A stretch of DNA of 63,754 bases, counting the filler, from Ministeria vibrans ATCC 50519 (Eukaryota > Protista > Filasterea): assembly GCA_943704425.1 (NCBI GenBank). It is 9 parts of 9 records of this genome, joined end to end, with 100 filler letters (N's around TTAATTAATTAA, not from the genome) between each part and the next. Parts side by side here need not be neighbours in the genome. Positions count along the whole stretch, not along the records: positions 21,106 to 41,581 come from CALSCP010000803.1; positions 41,682 to 53,163 come from CALSCP010000498.1; 7 more parts are not named here. One strand, written 5' to 3'. A program made the position numbers and the translations under genes. The notes below the pieces were generated by a model, which did not search any database, had not been told where the DNA came from, and was given only the letters and a program-made list of their open reading frames with translations. Shown here piece by piece: positions 33,722 to 46,557 of this stretch; position 1 is the stretch's first letter, and each line of letters starts with the position of its first letter.

Positions 33722-35159
33722 ATGACGATCGAGGAACTAAAAGCACAGCTGAAGCCACTGCTGGATGCAGAGGCAAGCGCAGTTGCCGCTGTCCAAGCGC
33801 CCGCCAGTACATTTTGCAGTCGACCCGTTCTTCCCTCACTGTGTCTCTCCCGACAGAGTTTGTCGCCATGCACCACCTCGACAATGCGAATAAGGCTTGG
33901 GCCAAGTGCTCCGAAGCGACCAATCCGTACGCGACTGTCGCAACAAGTGCCATTCGTCAACCCATTTGTGTGCTTTTTGGGTGTTTGCTGTGTAGCGTTG
34001 CTCAAGGGATTGCGCTGAGGCTGGCCATCACGGAATGGGCTTCGGCTCTACTGGAGACCACCTTCACAAAAGAGAGTGAGCTTGGTAAGGGTTTGTGCGC
34101 AGAGAAACGACCGGCACAAGAAATCAACCATTCATCTTGTTAGTTTCCAACGCGTTTGCCGACACGCTCGCTACTGAGGCTGTTTCAGCCGCAATTGCCC
34201 AACCAAAGGCACTCTGCCTTGCGTATGTGGATGTGTTTGGCACGGAAAGGCTTCCCTTGCAGCACACGGTACTGATCGCAGTGTAGTGCATGAGACTATT
34301 TTTTGATGCGGGGGGGGGCTGTGACAGGATCCAATGGTATCCGTGTTAGGAAAGGAAATCGCAGAAGTGTGTCATTGGAGAAGTGGAGCTCTATCGTACA
34401 TGAGAGTAAGCGAGAGTGTGTAAGACAGAAAGTCACACCAGTTTGTGTAGTGTAAAGTCGTGGAACAGTCAAAGGAGACGGAAAAGTTTCGTCAGGCGAG
34501 TTTCACGCAGGTGCAGAAATAAAGGGGAGGGATGCAATATCTAACTCTGTGTATGTGTATGTGTGTGTGTGGTAGTTGATTGAGAATGGAATCGAACATT
34601 TTGAGGAGATGTTTCAAGTGCGGTGTAATGAGGAATGGGACTCGGTTGTCACAAACGACGAGTCAACGCGCGAAATGATGAAGCTCGGTACAGAAATATC
34701 CAAACATTATTGTATTATATTCTCTCGATTATCTTGTATATCATGAATAAATGGGTTGTATTCTTTGTCTTCTTTTATATTTTCTTATTATTATTATTAT
34801 TTTGTAGGGATTGTGAGTGATACGAATGTGCTTGCTCTGATGTATGCGTGTGAGTTGTGCTATTGGCATGTCATCTACTGTCCCGTCGAACATTCTGCGC
34901 GCGCCAGAGCTCATTCCATCCTCAACGCCAAAATGGTATGTCTCATTATGCCTCTTTCTTTCCATCTTGCATGTTTTTTATATTGCTTTCCTTTTTAGTT
35001 TGCGGGAAAGTACAAACGAGTTGTGACTGAGTTTCTTCCGAATCAGGTGAGAGCGAAAAAGCGGAAGAAAGCGATGCGACTGATTTTTTGTGTGTGTTTT
35101 AGGGATGGAATCTTGAAACAGCCGATAGAATACTGCTTGAGATTGGCACCATTGAATAG
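33722..35159 (+). CDS. RIMOC1: RAB7A-interacting MON1-CCZ1 complex subunit 1 (C5orf51) homologue (multi-exon)
   Basis: Manual splicing gives WASALLETTFTKESELVSNAF, EVCHWRSGALSYM, NGIEHFEEMFQVRC, GIVSDTNVLALMYACELCYW and QGWNLETADRIL. These are collinear with recalled human C5orf51 motifs (WRRGALLYM, GIFSDIHLLAMMYSGEMCYW). Confidence 0.8.
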
Positions 35160-35379
35160 AATCATTATAATAATAAAAATAATAATATAATTAAATTTTA
35201 TTATTATTATTATTATTATGTTAATAATATTAATAATAATAATAATAAAATTATTATTATTATTATTATTATTTAAATTACTTATTATTATTATTCTCGA
35301 TTAATTTTTAATTCCTTTAGTCTCTTCTCTTATTTCTTAATTCCGAATTCGTAACTCTTTTTTAATTTTTTTTTCGCCG

Positions 35380-38300
35380 ATGTCCAAGTTTGACAAAGAG
35401 TACGCTCGCATCAAGCTCCTTGGTCAAGGCAGCTTTGGCAAGGTTCGGATGATGGCCTTTGTCGTCCCTTTGTCGTCGTGCGTTTCCGATCACTTTCTCC
35501 TTCGCTAATGGTCAAAGACACACTGCAGCTGGTGCCTCGCCTTTTCTTGCATCCTGTCGTCCATGCTTTCTACTACACAGGGGCACACTCTTTTTTATGC
35601 TTTGCCTTCACTCAGTGTCATTTCAATTATTTTTGAATCGTCGTTTCGTTTTTTTTTTTTCAAATACTCAGGCTCTCCTCTGTCGCCGACGCGCCGACGG
35701 TGCCCAGGTAAGCATACGACGCGACAGAAGTGTGTTAACATGCATTGCGGCCTTTTTCATTGTATAATACTATAATAATTATGTATCCAGGTCGTTGTCA
35801 AGGAGATCGACCTGAGCACAATGAGTGTGCGCGATCGTGCCGAAGCCAAAAACGAAGTCGATGTGTTGCGCCGTCTCTCGCACCCGAACATTGTGGGCTA
35901 CCTCGACTCGTTTCGTCAAGGGTCCGGTCGTTCCGAGACGCTTTACATCGCCATGGACTACGCCAACGGCGGAGTACGATGACGGCCACTCACTTTCAAA
36001 TAGCAACAAAAGCACACACAAAACACACTCACTCTCATTTTAGGATCTCTATCAGAAAATTCAAGCGCAGCGCGGCGTGAACTTCCCCGAAGCCCAAATC
36101 CTCGACTGGTTTGTCCAGATATGCCTAGGCATCAAGCACGTTCACGACCGGAAAATCCTTCATCGCGACATCAAGACGCAAAACATATTCCTGACTCGCA
36201 ATGGAATAGTCAAACTTGGTATCTATTATTATTCATATTCAAATTCTTGTATAGGATTTCATGTCGATGTTTTTTTTGTTCTAGGCGACTTTGGCATTGC
36301 GCGAGTTTTAAAGAACACGTTTGAGCAGGCGCGCACCTGCATTGGCACACCCTACTATCTCTCTCCCGAAATATGCGAGAACCGACCATACAACAATAAG
36401 AGCGACGTTTGGTCCATTGGCTGTGTGCTGTACGAAATGGCGACGCTCCGCCATGCCTTTGAGGGTGCCAACATGAAGGGTCTCGTCGTAAAGATCCTGC
36501 GCGGCGCCTACCCACCCTTGCCGCGCATCTACTCGGACGAACTGCGCGCCCTCGTGACTGCCACCCTCAGCAAACAGCCGCGCGATCGTCCTTCTGTCAC
36601 GCGAATTCTTCAGCGTCCGCTGATCAAACGTCGCATCCGCTCATTTCTCAGCGAGACCATTATTGCGGACGAGTTTAGCCACACTGTGCTTCACGGTCGC
36701 GCGGGAGCAGCAGCTCCCGCTCAGCGTGCCGCTATAAGTGCTGCGCCTCGCAGTGTCATTGCGGCTGCGCGAGACCGTCCTCCGCCTGTCGCTCCGTCTG
36801 TGGCAGCCGCACAGCGCGCCGAAATGGACCGCGAAGTGGCCGCACGCAAAGCTGAAGAGGAGCGCATCAGGGCACGCATGCAGCAGGAGCTGCGTGCCAA
36901 GGAACAGCTGGCAATGCAACAACGTGACGCTTACAAGCGTCAACAGCAGGCGCCCGCGCCCGCAGCAGCAGCTGCTGCAGCTGTGCGTCGTGACAGTCAT
37001 CGCGAGATCCAAGAACGACAGCGCGCCGAGTACGAGCGCTACCTTAAGAACCGACACGCGGACTACGTAGCGCGCCACGCTGCACCACCCCCACCACAGC
37101 CAGCAAGAGCCGCTGCTGCACGTGCAGTTCCTCGTGGTGCACAGAGAGAACGTATTGAGCGGGCAAAAGAGGATTTGGTGCGTGTTGAGCGTGCTCGAGC
37201 GGAGAAACGCGAACAGGAACATCAACAACGAGCGCGCCAGCTGCAGCTGCAACAGCAGCAGAAGCAGAAGCCATTGCGTGTGGCGGCAGTGGCACCTGCG
37301 CCGTTCATTCCGGTCGTGAGTCGTCGTGAGCAGATGGCGGCTGAGCAGCGCCAACGAGTGGCGCAGTTGCGTGCGGAGCGAGAGCGTGCTGCAGTACGAC
37401 TCAAAGCAGAAACGGAGGCTAAACACGCGGCGGCGCAGTTGGAGGCGAAGAATCGACGGGAACGGGCCAAGGCGGCCCGTGAGATGAGCGAGGAAGACGA
37501 AAGAGAGATGGCGCTGTTGAAGGCGGAGCGAGAGCAATTGGAGCGGGCCAAGCGCCAGGAGAAGCTGAGGAAGGAGGAACAAGTGCAGCAGAGGCGGAAG
37601 AAGAAGGCGGTGAATGAGCGGAAGGAACCGACGCAGCCGGGATCCGCTGAGAAACGTGAGAAGGAGCGAGAGCGGCTGCGGGAGATGGTACAGCGGGAAC
37701 GGAAGGCGCTGCGGGAGCGACGGGCAAGTGAGGAGGTAGGAGTGCAGCAGAAGGCGGCTGATGGTGGTGGCGATGACGCCGTGGCGAGTGTGGTGGTGTC
37801 AGTGTCGAGTGTGGCGCGGGTGAGTGAAGAACGGGAGAGGGCGGCACGAGAGGAGGCCGAGAGGGCCATGGCAGCCATCAAGGCGATTGGTGCGGTGAAA
37901 GTGGAGCAAGAGAAGGAGAGTCGGGGAGCACAAAGGGAAGGAGACGAGACAAGCGATGATGAGACGGAAGAGGAAGACGTTGAGACTGCAATTGCGGTGC
38001 AGAAGACGGTAGTTGCGACTGTGCTGGGGACACCCGTGAGTGACGACTCGGACGCATCGGAACAAGAAGAAGAAGAAGAAGAAAAAGAAGAAGAAGAAGA
38101 AGAAGAAGAAAAAGAAGAAGAAGAAGAAGAAGAAGAAGAAGAAGGAGAAGGGGAGGAGGAGAAGGAGGAGGAGGAGGAAGAAGAAAGGACTGATGCAAAT
38201 GAGGGTGAGACCTCGCAGACAGTAACAAACGAAGATGAAGATTATGCGCGAATGATTAGTACTCTGCAGAATTTGGTGGGCGAGGAAGAGGAAGAAGGGG

Positions 38301-38859
38301 AAGAGGAGGGGGAAGAAGAGGGAGAAGAAGAAGAAGAAGAAGGAGAGGAAGCGGGTGAGATTTGTGATGATTTGACCATCTTCAGTTTGGATCGGAAGAA
38401 GATGAATTCCAATACGAAGAGGGATATTGAAGAAGGTGAGGCACATGATGAGCATGGAGCTGTGAGGGAGAAGGAACAAAAGACACAGTTTGTGATTTCA
38501 TCGTCGTCGTCGGATCAGGAAAAAGGAGACGAAGAAAGTGTCTTCGCGCGGTATAGAATCAAAACACAATGTGACACTAATTGATTGGGGGATTTTTTTC
38601 GTATAATTATAGTGCGGAAGCACTGAGAGTATTTTTAGAGGAGAAATTGGGGATTGAGACGTTTATTGCGGCGTATGAGTGTCTACGGCAAGCACAGTTT
38701 GAAGAGGAAGAAGGGGAAGAGGAGACTGTGTCGACTGGCGCACAGTTGTGTATGATTTTGAGTGCGGATCAACAGCGCTATTTCCCGGCCATTATGCACA
38801 TTGTGCATTTTGACTCGGCGTGCTTTGACAATGCGAATGCGAATGTGGCTACGCAATGA
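35380..38859 (+). CDS. NEK1: NIMA-related kinase, NEK1/3/5 clade, with a coiled-coil and poly-E tail
   Basis: [93 protein letters not shown] and a C-terminal [12 protein letters not shown]. Confidence 0.9.
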
Positions 38860-38996
38860 TAAAACGAGAGAGAGACACACACAAAGACGAAATATAATTA
38901 TAATTATTACTATAGTATTTTAACAAAATAATAATTATAATCTCCATGTTGGAAACATTTTGGAAAGAGACGGTCCTCGAGAGTGAGCCAAAAGAG

Positions 38997-39882
38997 TTAT
39001 TCGGGGTTGATGTAATACTGATTGAGGGGACCATAGGAGGATTGGCCTGAGAGGACTTTGACGACCTTGGGATGTTCCGCGGTGGCTTTGTACCACTGAG
39101 CCAGCTGTGGGGTGTCTAATCGACAGTAGTGGCAGTCAGTATACTCAGTACTCGTACAAAGTACTCCGTAGTAAGAGTACACCATCACAAAGAAGGGCGA
39201 TACCTTTGAAGATGTCGTTATGGCACAGAAACACCTGATGGAGCATGGAGAAGAGATAGAGCTCGCCTGCGGTCAGGCCAGTCGACGTGAACTGCGCGCC
39301 GTGCTTTCCGAACTGTTTCTCAAGCCGGGCCAAGTGAGGCGGCATCATGGTACCCCACATTTGATCGTAGACTAGGGGGAGGAGGAGGAGTGAGTGCGGA
39401 CGGGCTGGGACAGGTAGACAGTGTGTGCGGTTTGTACCGTCACGGCCGGGCTTTCCCTTCTCTCCCAGCGCCGCAAACACGGTCGGGTTGCACATGGACA
39501 AGAGCGAGTACACGTCTTCGGCCACTTGCATCAGCATGTCGCTCATGATGTGATCCTGCAAGCGAGCAAAGGTGAAGCAAAAGCGGCTCTCTCACTTGCA
39601 ATCGCCACACACCTCCTCAGTCGCACCAAACATGCTGCCTTTGCGAGCAAAGTACTGCACAATAGCCGTTGTCTGGCCAACCGCAAGGCCGTCCGGCCCC
39701 GTCAGCAGGGGAAGCTGCCCGAACGGCGAGATGCCAGACGCTTTCATTGGCGCCCAATCTTTGGATGAGTCGAAGCCGAGATCTTTGGGTCCAAGCCAGG
39801 CCACGCCGGAGAACTCGGCGACAAGAGCGGGGCCACACCCGCGGGCCAGAAGTGGGAAGTAGTACAGCTTGACGGCGTCCAT
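38997..39882 (-). CDS. Glutathione S-transferase (sigma/alpha-like)
   Basis: KLYYFPLLARG, SPFGQLPLL, GQTTAIVQYFARK and LTAGELYLF. Confidence 0.88.
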
Positions 39883-40114
39883 GTTCGAAATGAATAACAA
39901 AAGTGTGATCAGTCTGTGAACTTATGATCCGACACCCCCTGAGTGTCACTCAAAGGGACGCAGACTGTGAGTGAAAGGGTTTACTTATAATTTACTAGTA
40001 CAACGTCATGCAACGAGTAACGAGCAACGCTTTCGGGACAATTTCACCAATTTGAAATTTCCACATCGAGTTTAATGTTTATTATTATAGTCATTTTTAT
40101 AGTCATTTTTATTC

Positions 40115-41464
40115 ATGCGCTCCTTTCTGACCTTCGCTCTCGGCGCCACCTTTGGCATTGGTGCCGTACTGATCGTCCTTCGACGTCAGAAGCGATCACG
40201 ACGGCGACGACTGGACGCGGCGCTTGCGAGGACAGCGAGTGCACAGGCGGCGGTGGCAGTTGCGCCGAATGCACAGTTGGACAAGCACACGGACGAATTT
40301 GCCGCGCACGTCCGCCAAGTGACCGACCGCGTCTTTGTTGCCATTGGATATGCTTTGGCAAACTCAATTCTCATTGTTGGAACAGACGGATGTATCGTGG
40401 TCGACACCACCGAGTCGCCAGAAGCTGCAAGAGTGGTACGTGCACGCAAACCACACACCACTCATTTGCACTGTTGTCGATCTCTCTACCTCTCTAGGTC
40501 CTTGAGCAGTTCCGTCCCTTGATGAAGAACCTTCCCATTCGAGCTCTAGTGTACACACACAACCACACGGATCACATTGCGGGCGCGTCGGTGTTTGCTC
40601 GCGATGTGCGCGATCTTCGGGTCTTTGCGCACAGCTCCACCCAGCGCATCATTGGCGAGTTCTACGGACCCACGTCGCGTACCAACTACCGTCGTGCTAT
40701 GCGCCAGTTTGGCACGCTCCTTCCCACCGGCGCTCACCTTAATTCAGGCATCGGACCGCGCTTGGTGCATTCACACGCATCAACCGACGAGTTCGTTCCC
40801 ATCACTGACACATTTGAAACGAAGCTCGAAATCCACTTGTGGTAAACAAACAAAATAAGAAAATTGACGAAACAGGCCCTGGTTTCCAACACCATCTGTT
40901 CTTTCCATTACACGTATGCCCAGTGGCGTGCGACTGGTTCTTCTGCATGCGCCAGGCGAGACAGACGACCAGATTGTCGTGTGGCTTCCCGACGAAGCCA
41001 AAACACTCTTAGCCGCAGACAACTTCTACAAAAGGTGCGGAAACACAATCGTGACATGCGGCATAGATTTAACATTTAAGCACACATACACACATACACA
41101 CACACACACACAGTTTTCCGAACATCTATGCGATTCGCGGAACACCCACACGGGACGCAATGCAGTGGGTACGAAGTCTGGACCTGATGCGCGCACTGCA
41201 AGCAGAGCACCTTGTGCCATCACACACACTCCCACTCACCGGCGCACAGCACATCCATGCGACCCTGACCGACTACCGCGATGCCATTCAATTTGTCCAT
41301 GACCAAACGGTCTTTCATGCCAATGAGGGACTTCATCCATCCGACATCTGTGAGCGCATTGAGCAGACCATTCCCTCCCGGCTTCTGTCCCATCCGTTTC
41401 TGCAGCAGTTTTACGGCACTCTTGCTTGGAGTGTCAGAGGCATCTTCACCGGCTACTTTGGATG
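40115..41464 (+). CDS. Alkyl/aryl-sulfatase SdsA1/BDS1 family (MBL fold) with an N-terminal anchor, 3'-partial
   Basis: GYALANSILI, YTHNHTDH, HAPGETDDQ, DNFYK|.FPNIYAIRGT, LVPSH, YRDAIQFVHDQT and FYGTLAWSVRGIFTGYFGW. Confidence 0.92.
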
Positions 41465-41474
41465 GTATTTATTC

Positions 41475-41581
<107 letters not shown>

Positions 41582-41693
41582 NNNNNNNNNNNNNNNNNNN
41601 NNNNNNNNNNNNNNNNNNNNNNNNNTTAATTAATTAANNNNNNNNNNNNNNNNNNNNNNNNNNNNNNNNNNNNNNNNNNNNCCTCCGCGCACG

Positions 41694-42275
41694 GTGACGC
41701 GGATGTCGGATCGAATTTCGCAAGAGCCACTGAAGGTGTCGCTGCCGTGTGTGTTGACGTGGGTTGGTGCGAGTCCTGTTCCGTCTCTGGAGGTTGGGGT
41801 GCGACTGCGTGCATCGTACAATCGCCTTGAGGAGAAGGTGCGAGTTCGAGTGCAAAAGGTGTCAACGAAGCGTCTTCGCGGCGATGAAGAAGAAGAGGAG
41901 GAGGAAGAGGAGGAGGAGGAGGAGGAGGAGGAGCAGGAGGAGCAGGAGGAGCAGGAGGAAGAGGAAGAGGAGGAGGAGGAAGAGGAAGAGGATGCGGCCA
42001 AGTCCAAGGATGGTGAGAGCCCACGGAAGAAGATGCGGACGGTAGCGGATGTGGCGGAACAGCAGCGGAAGAAGGAAGAGCGCAAAAAGGTCGAGTTAGC
42101 GAAGAAGATGAAGGAACTTCAGGCTGGTCAGAGGAAAGTGCGTGAGTTAACGAAGGAGAAGAGAGATCTGGAACTGCGTCTTAAGCAACAGAGGGCGGTT
42201 GTTCAGCGCAAGCTGATTACTGCAGAGCGTCTCGTTGAAAAGATACAAGGGGAGGTCGTCGCAATGGAGCACTGA
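41694..42275 (+). CDS. 3' end of an acidic, coiled-coil protein (partial)
   Basis: Open frame from the contig start with a poly-E tract, an NLS-like PRKKMR and a heptad-rich C-terminus. Confidence 0.5.
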   Translation: MTRMSDRISQEPLKVSLPCVLTWVGASPVPSLEVGVRLRASYNRLEEKVRVRVQKVSTKRLRGDEEEEEEEEEEEEEEEEQEEQEEQEEEEEEEEEEEEDAAKSKDGESPRKKMRTVADVAEQQRKKEERKKVELAKKMKELQAGQRKVRELTKEKRDLELRLKQQRAVVQRKLITAERLVEKIQGEVVAMEH

Positions 42276-42292
42276 TTTATTTCGAGAGTGGG

Positions 42293-42383
<91 letters not shown>

Positions 42384-42903
42384 CTTGAGAGAGAGAGAGG
42401 ACTATTAAACAATAACCACTCATCACCATCAGATTAATCTCTTTTAATACATTGGGTGTTGCACAACCTTCATTCATCCATTTCTGCATCTGAAGTTAGC
42501 GCTGAGACAGCGTAAAGACAGCTTGCTTTCGCAGCTTATTTATTGACTCAGCGTGTCATGATGAATACTGAGCAATGACCCAATCAAAATTGAAGAAAAA
42601 TACAACCCATTTATTAATGATACACTCACCACGCGAAGACAATAGTGGTGACTGTATCGGAACTGCCATTCAATTATTATTATTATTAGGTCTTCAATAA
42701 TTCCCCCCACACTCTATTAATAAGAGAGTATAGACTTGTACTCAATGAATATTCAATATAGACTTGTACTCAATGTCAAACCAACTTAAATTAGACAAGT
42801 CATTTTTATTATTTTCATCCTCTTTAAAATCCGTTTATTTATTAATTTATTATTAATTTTTTCAATTTTCCTATACGAAAGAAAGAAAAGACAAAAAAAT
42901 ATT

Positions 42904-44658
42904 ATGTCGTTTCTTCGAATTGCCGTGCTCGCTCTAATCGCGCTCATCGCCATTGAAACGCTCGTCAAAGACGAATCATACGATGCACATGTGTCTACTA
43001 CGGCTGAATCGACGGTGTCTTCGGACTGGGATGTGCTGTTCGGCGAGGAGCGAGTTGCGCCGTCGGAGAAGCACGCGCGCTTTGAATCCGAGTCTGTGCG
43101 GCTTCTCTTCCACCACCTCATGCGCCGCATTGTACTGGAGCACAACGTTGACGTCCGTGAAGACATGGTTGCGGCGGCGACAGCGGATTCTCAAGGAAAC
43201 AAACGAAATCAGCGCGAAAAGCCGAGTTCTCTTTTGGAGCGTTTCCGAAACATTGGCAACAAACTCGACAAGGTCATGAAAGTGCTTATGGGAGCGAAGA
43301 ATCATTCCAAAAGCGCTACTTTGGGCAGCCTGATGTTTCGGTACCGCGAACTTTTGCATGATTCTGAAACGGGGGCGCAAAAGGACGCGGCGGAGAAAGA
43401 AATCGTCGCGGAGGGTCTCAAGGTGCTGGACAACTATGCGAAGAAGATCGACGAAGCGCCTCTTCCACTGAGCTACATCCGCATCAAGCGCAAACAAATA
43501 CGCCTTGTGGCAGGTGCGGCTATTCTTGCGCTGGTTTGCATTCTGCTGGCACCTCGGTCCGTTCGACTTGAGCTGACTCTCTTCCTCGCCCTTGTCCTCT
43601 ACCTCGGATGGAAAAAGCGTGTCACCGTCGCCAAAAAGTTTGGGTTTTCTACCGAAGACCTTGAGATCTCCAACTACCAAGACTACAATGACCGCGTTCG
43701 TGCTCTTGTCGAGCTTGATGTTGCTCCTCCGCGACACTTCCAGTCGATGCTCTTGGGACGCTACTCGTCGTACCAAGAGATGTTTGACGACATTATGTAC
43801 GGCGACGATGAGAAAACTGCGGGTCAATACAAGATTTCCGCGACAAGTTGGAGCACAAGCCAACTTGAGGACACGGTTCTCCAGCTAGAGTCTGGTTCAT
43901 TTGCCCAAGAGGACGTCTCGTTGCAGGATATGATGGAGGGAGAGGACGCCACGAACCAGGCCCAGAAGCATTGGACTCGAGCGCGCGCTACCCATCCAAA
44001 GAAGCAGCAAGCCGTGATCAATTGGTACCTGAGCCTGGTGAACATTATTCATGGTCTGCGCATCCATCTGATGGACGAGCATCTCATTGGCGTTGTTGGC
44101 ACAGGCAATGTGGGTAAGAGCACTCTGTGCAAGGAGCTCTTTGGACTCGAGACCAACCCTAATTTTCTCATCCGCACTGCCGAGCTCAAACTCTTTACGC
44201 TGCCAAATAATCCCGACGTCGGTGTTCTTGACTTTCCGGGTACAAATGACATTGACGAACAAGTGAGCAGCTACTTTCGGCGTTACAATTCAATGACGAG
44301 CTTCTTCATTGTCGTTGTCGACGCCACTCACGTCGAGCTCGATCAGCTGCACCTTGTGGACTCTGTGGTTGAAACGGGTCTTCCCTTTGTTGTGCTCTTG
44401 AACTTTGCACATCGTCTTATTGCCAGTGCGCCGCAGATCAGCACGGAGCGAAAAGAGATACTCATTGAGACTACATTCTCGAAGCTCTGCAGCAAACTCC
44501 ATGTGCGCGCCGACTCGAATTGCTTCCTGGTCGACCTGCTGCACACCCCCGGTCAGCCGACACACCCCACCATTTTGCCGCTGGCTAGTGTCCGCAAAAC
44601 GCTTGCTACGCACCTTGGAGAGCTTGGCATTCAGAATCCAGCTTCGCTCTTTGTGTGA
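42904..44658 (+). CDS. Intronless membrane-anchored protein with a C-terminal TRAFAC P-loop GTPase domain
   Basis: N-terminal hydrophobic signal, central TM hairpin (LVAGAAILALVCILLA...LTLFLALVLYLGW), G1 GTGNVGKST, G2 RT, G3 DFPG and a G4-position LNFAH. Confidence 0.8.
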   Translation: MSFLRIAVLALIALIAIETLVKDESYDAHVSTTAESTVSSDWDVLFGEERVAPSEKHARFESESVRLLFHHLMRRIVLEHNVDVREDMVAAATADSQGNKRNQREKPSSLLERFRNIGNKLDKVMKVLMGAKNHSKSATLGSLMFRYRELLHDSETGAQKDAAEKEIVAEGLKVLDNYAKKIDEAPLPLSYIRIKRKQIRLVAGAAILALVCILLAPRSVRLELTLFLALVLYLGWKKRVTVAKKFGFSTEDLEISNYQDYNDRVRALVELDVAPPRHFQSMLLGRYSSYQEMFDDIMYGDDEKTAGQYKISATSWSTSQLEDTVLQLESGSFAQEDVSLQDMMEGEDATNQAQKHWTRARATHPKKQQAVINWYLSLVNIIHGLRIHLMDEHLIGVVGTGNVGKSTLCKELFGLETNPNFLIRTAELKLFTLPNNPDVGVLDFPGTNDIDEQVSSYFRRYNSMTSFFIVVVDATHVELDQLHLVDSVVETGLPFVVLLNFAHRLIASAPQISTERKEILIETTFSKLCSKLHVRADSNCFLVDLLHTPGQPTHPTILPLASVRKTLATHLGELGIQNPASLFV

Positions 44659-46557
44659 GACGTGATTTGCATGTGGAAGAAAATGAAAAAGGAGGTGATG
44701 AACGAGAAAAACAATAAAGAACGTTATTATAATAAATTTTATTAAAACAACAGCTATTGCTTTCATAGTCAGCTTGACTTTGGTCTTGCTAGCATACTCT
44801 AATTATATTGATAATAAATTATTATGACGAAAACATTGTTACAGGAAGATGAATAAAAATATAATTATAATAATGACGCTGTTTGAGTTTGACCACGCTG
44901 TCGATGATGATGGTTCTGTCTACGCTCGGCTCATTACCGTTTGGCATATCCCGAGCCAAAAATGTGTCCGTGGCGTTGACGTCGCGTCCTCCCAAATTTA
45001 GGCAGCGGAGAAAAGAGAACAAATAGAGAGCAAGGGGAATAACAGCTCTGGGAAGATTGATCGTTCGTCTTGTGTGTGTGGCTCATCTTGATCGACGTGA
45101 GCAAAACAATTTTTTGCAGTAGAACCTCCTCAGAACCAAGCAAGCTAAGGGGCTCGAAACAAGCTTGCGGCGTCCGAACAGTAAATCGGAGTTAAATCTT
45201 AAACGATCAAACACGGTGTTTACAATTGCGATCATATGCACTACGTGTACATGAGACTACAGAGATTCAAGAACACGCATGGTCTTTGAGAAGAAGGAAA
45301 ATAGATATTTGAGGAATCTGATCTTCTCTTCTGCCTCACCTTCGCCTCACCCCCAACAAAGAAAAGGAAAAGAACTTGGGTGTCGACACCGATTGCAAGA
45401 AAGAGACTGAAAGAGAGATAAATGAAAGAAGCCTGACTGGTGCAAGAGTGAAAGGGTCTTGGGGGCAGAGCAGGGCGGGGCAGGGGCAGGGGCAGGGGCA
45501 GGGCAAGGTTCAGGCAAGGCAGGGCAGAGAAAAGGCAAAGAGGTGTGGCGTGAACAAGTGACGCGCGCGACTACTCTCACGTAGCCCTTACGCGCGTTCT
45601 CTCGTCGCTCTATGCCCACTTTGAATAGAAGCACCAAGGCGGTTCCATATTGGCAATGAATTGGCAATGAATTGGCAAGAAAGGAAGCAAACGTCAAACA
45701 AAATAAAAAGCAATGGGACGATTTCGCGATGTCATCCCAATCCCAAATGAAAAATTCAATGGTGGGGAAGCCTTGAGGATCTGGCAAGAAAGATGGTCAT
45801 TATCAGCTCCCAAGACCAAACTAGCTCTGCGGGAGTCTTCGACAACACTGATTGAGATGGGCGTTTGGCACTGATTGGCACTGATTTACGATTAGTTTTT
45901 TTGATAACTCTTCTCCTGCGACCCTTTCGCCTGGGCTTCTAGAAATACATGCGAGTGACCACACTCATCACTCTGACGGTTGCGTACCTTTCGCTTCTGG
46001 CTGTTCAAACAGCAGGCTCGGAAACGGCCCTAGGTGCCACTCAACGTCAAAATAATAAGGTACACCGAAAAAAACGTACTATTTTATAGCCGTTGCTGTG
46101 CGCCATGTCCTTCTCCTGCAAGCTGTGATGTATCCATTGAGTGTCTAAACTGCGCGGCGGCCTTGTTGTGAAAGATTACGAATGAACGAGCAGCCTGGTG
46201 TTCGACTTCTTTTTTTTTTCTTTTGTGGGTTTGTGGGTTTGTTTTGTGGGTTCGCGTTTTTTTTTTTCGGGACGGGGCCGGATGGGGTGGGTGTAACCCA
46301 TCCCTTATATAGAAGTCCATCTTTACTCCTCCGCGTGCTTGACGGTTGCAACATGGCGCCTAAAGTGCTTACCAGTCACCCCAGTTTGACGTTTGCTTTC
46401 TTGCTGAGTTGGCGGAGAGAGTTGCTAAGAACAAGAGAGCGGGGGTTTTTTTTATCATGAGCCTAAGTGACAGCGTGTGACTCTCCTTGCACTGCGCGCT
46501 CGTTATTTTTCTCTCATTTCCCGAAGCATTCACGAATATATTAACACTTTGTGCTAG

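Noticed and set aside
45460-45530. (GGGGCA)n G-quadruplex-like tract
   Set aside because: It is a short simple repeat in intergenic DNA with nothing else supporting a function.
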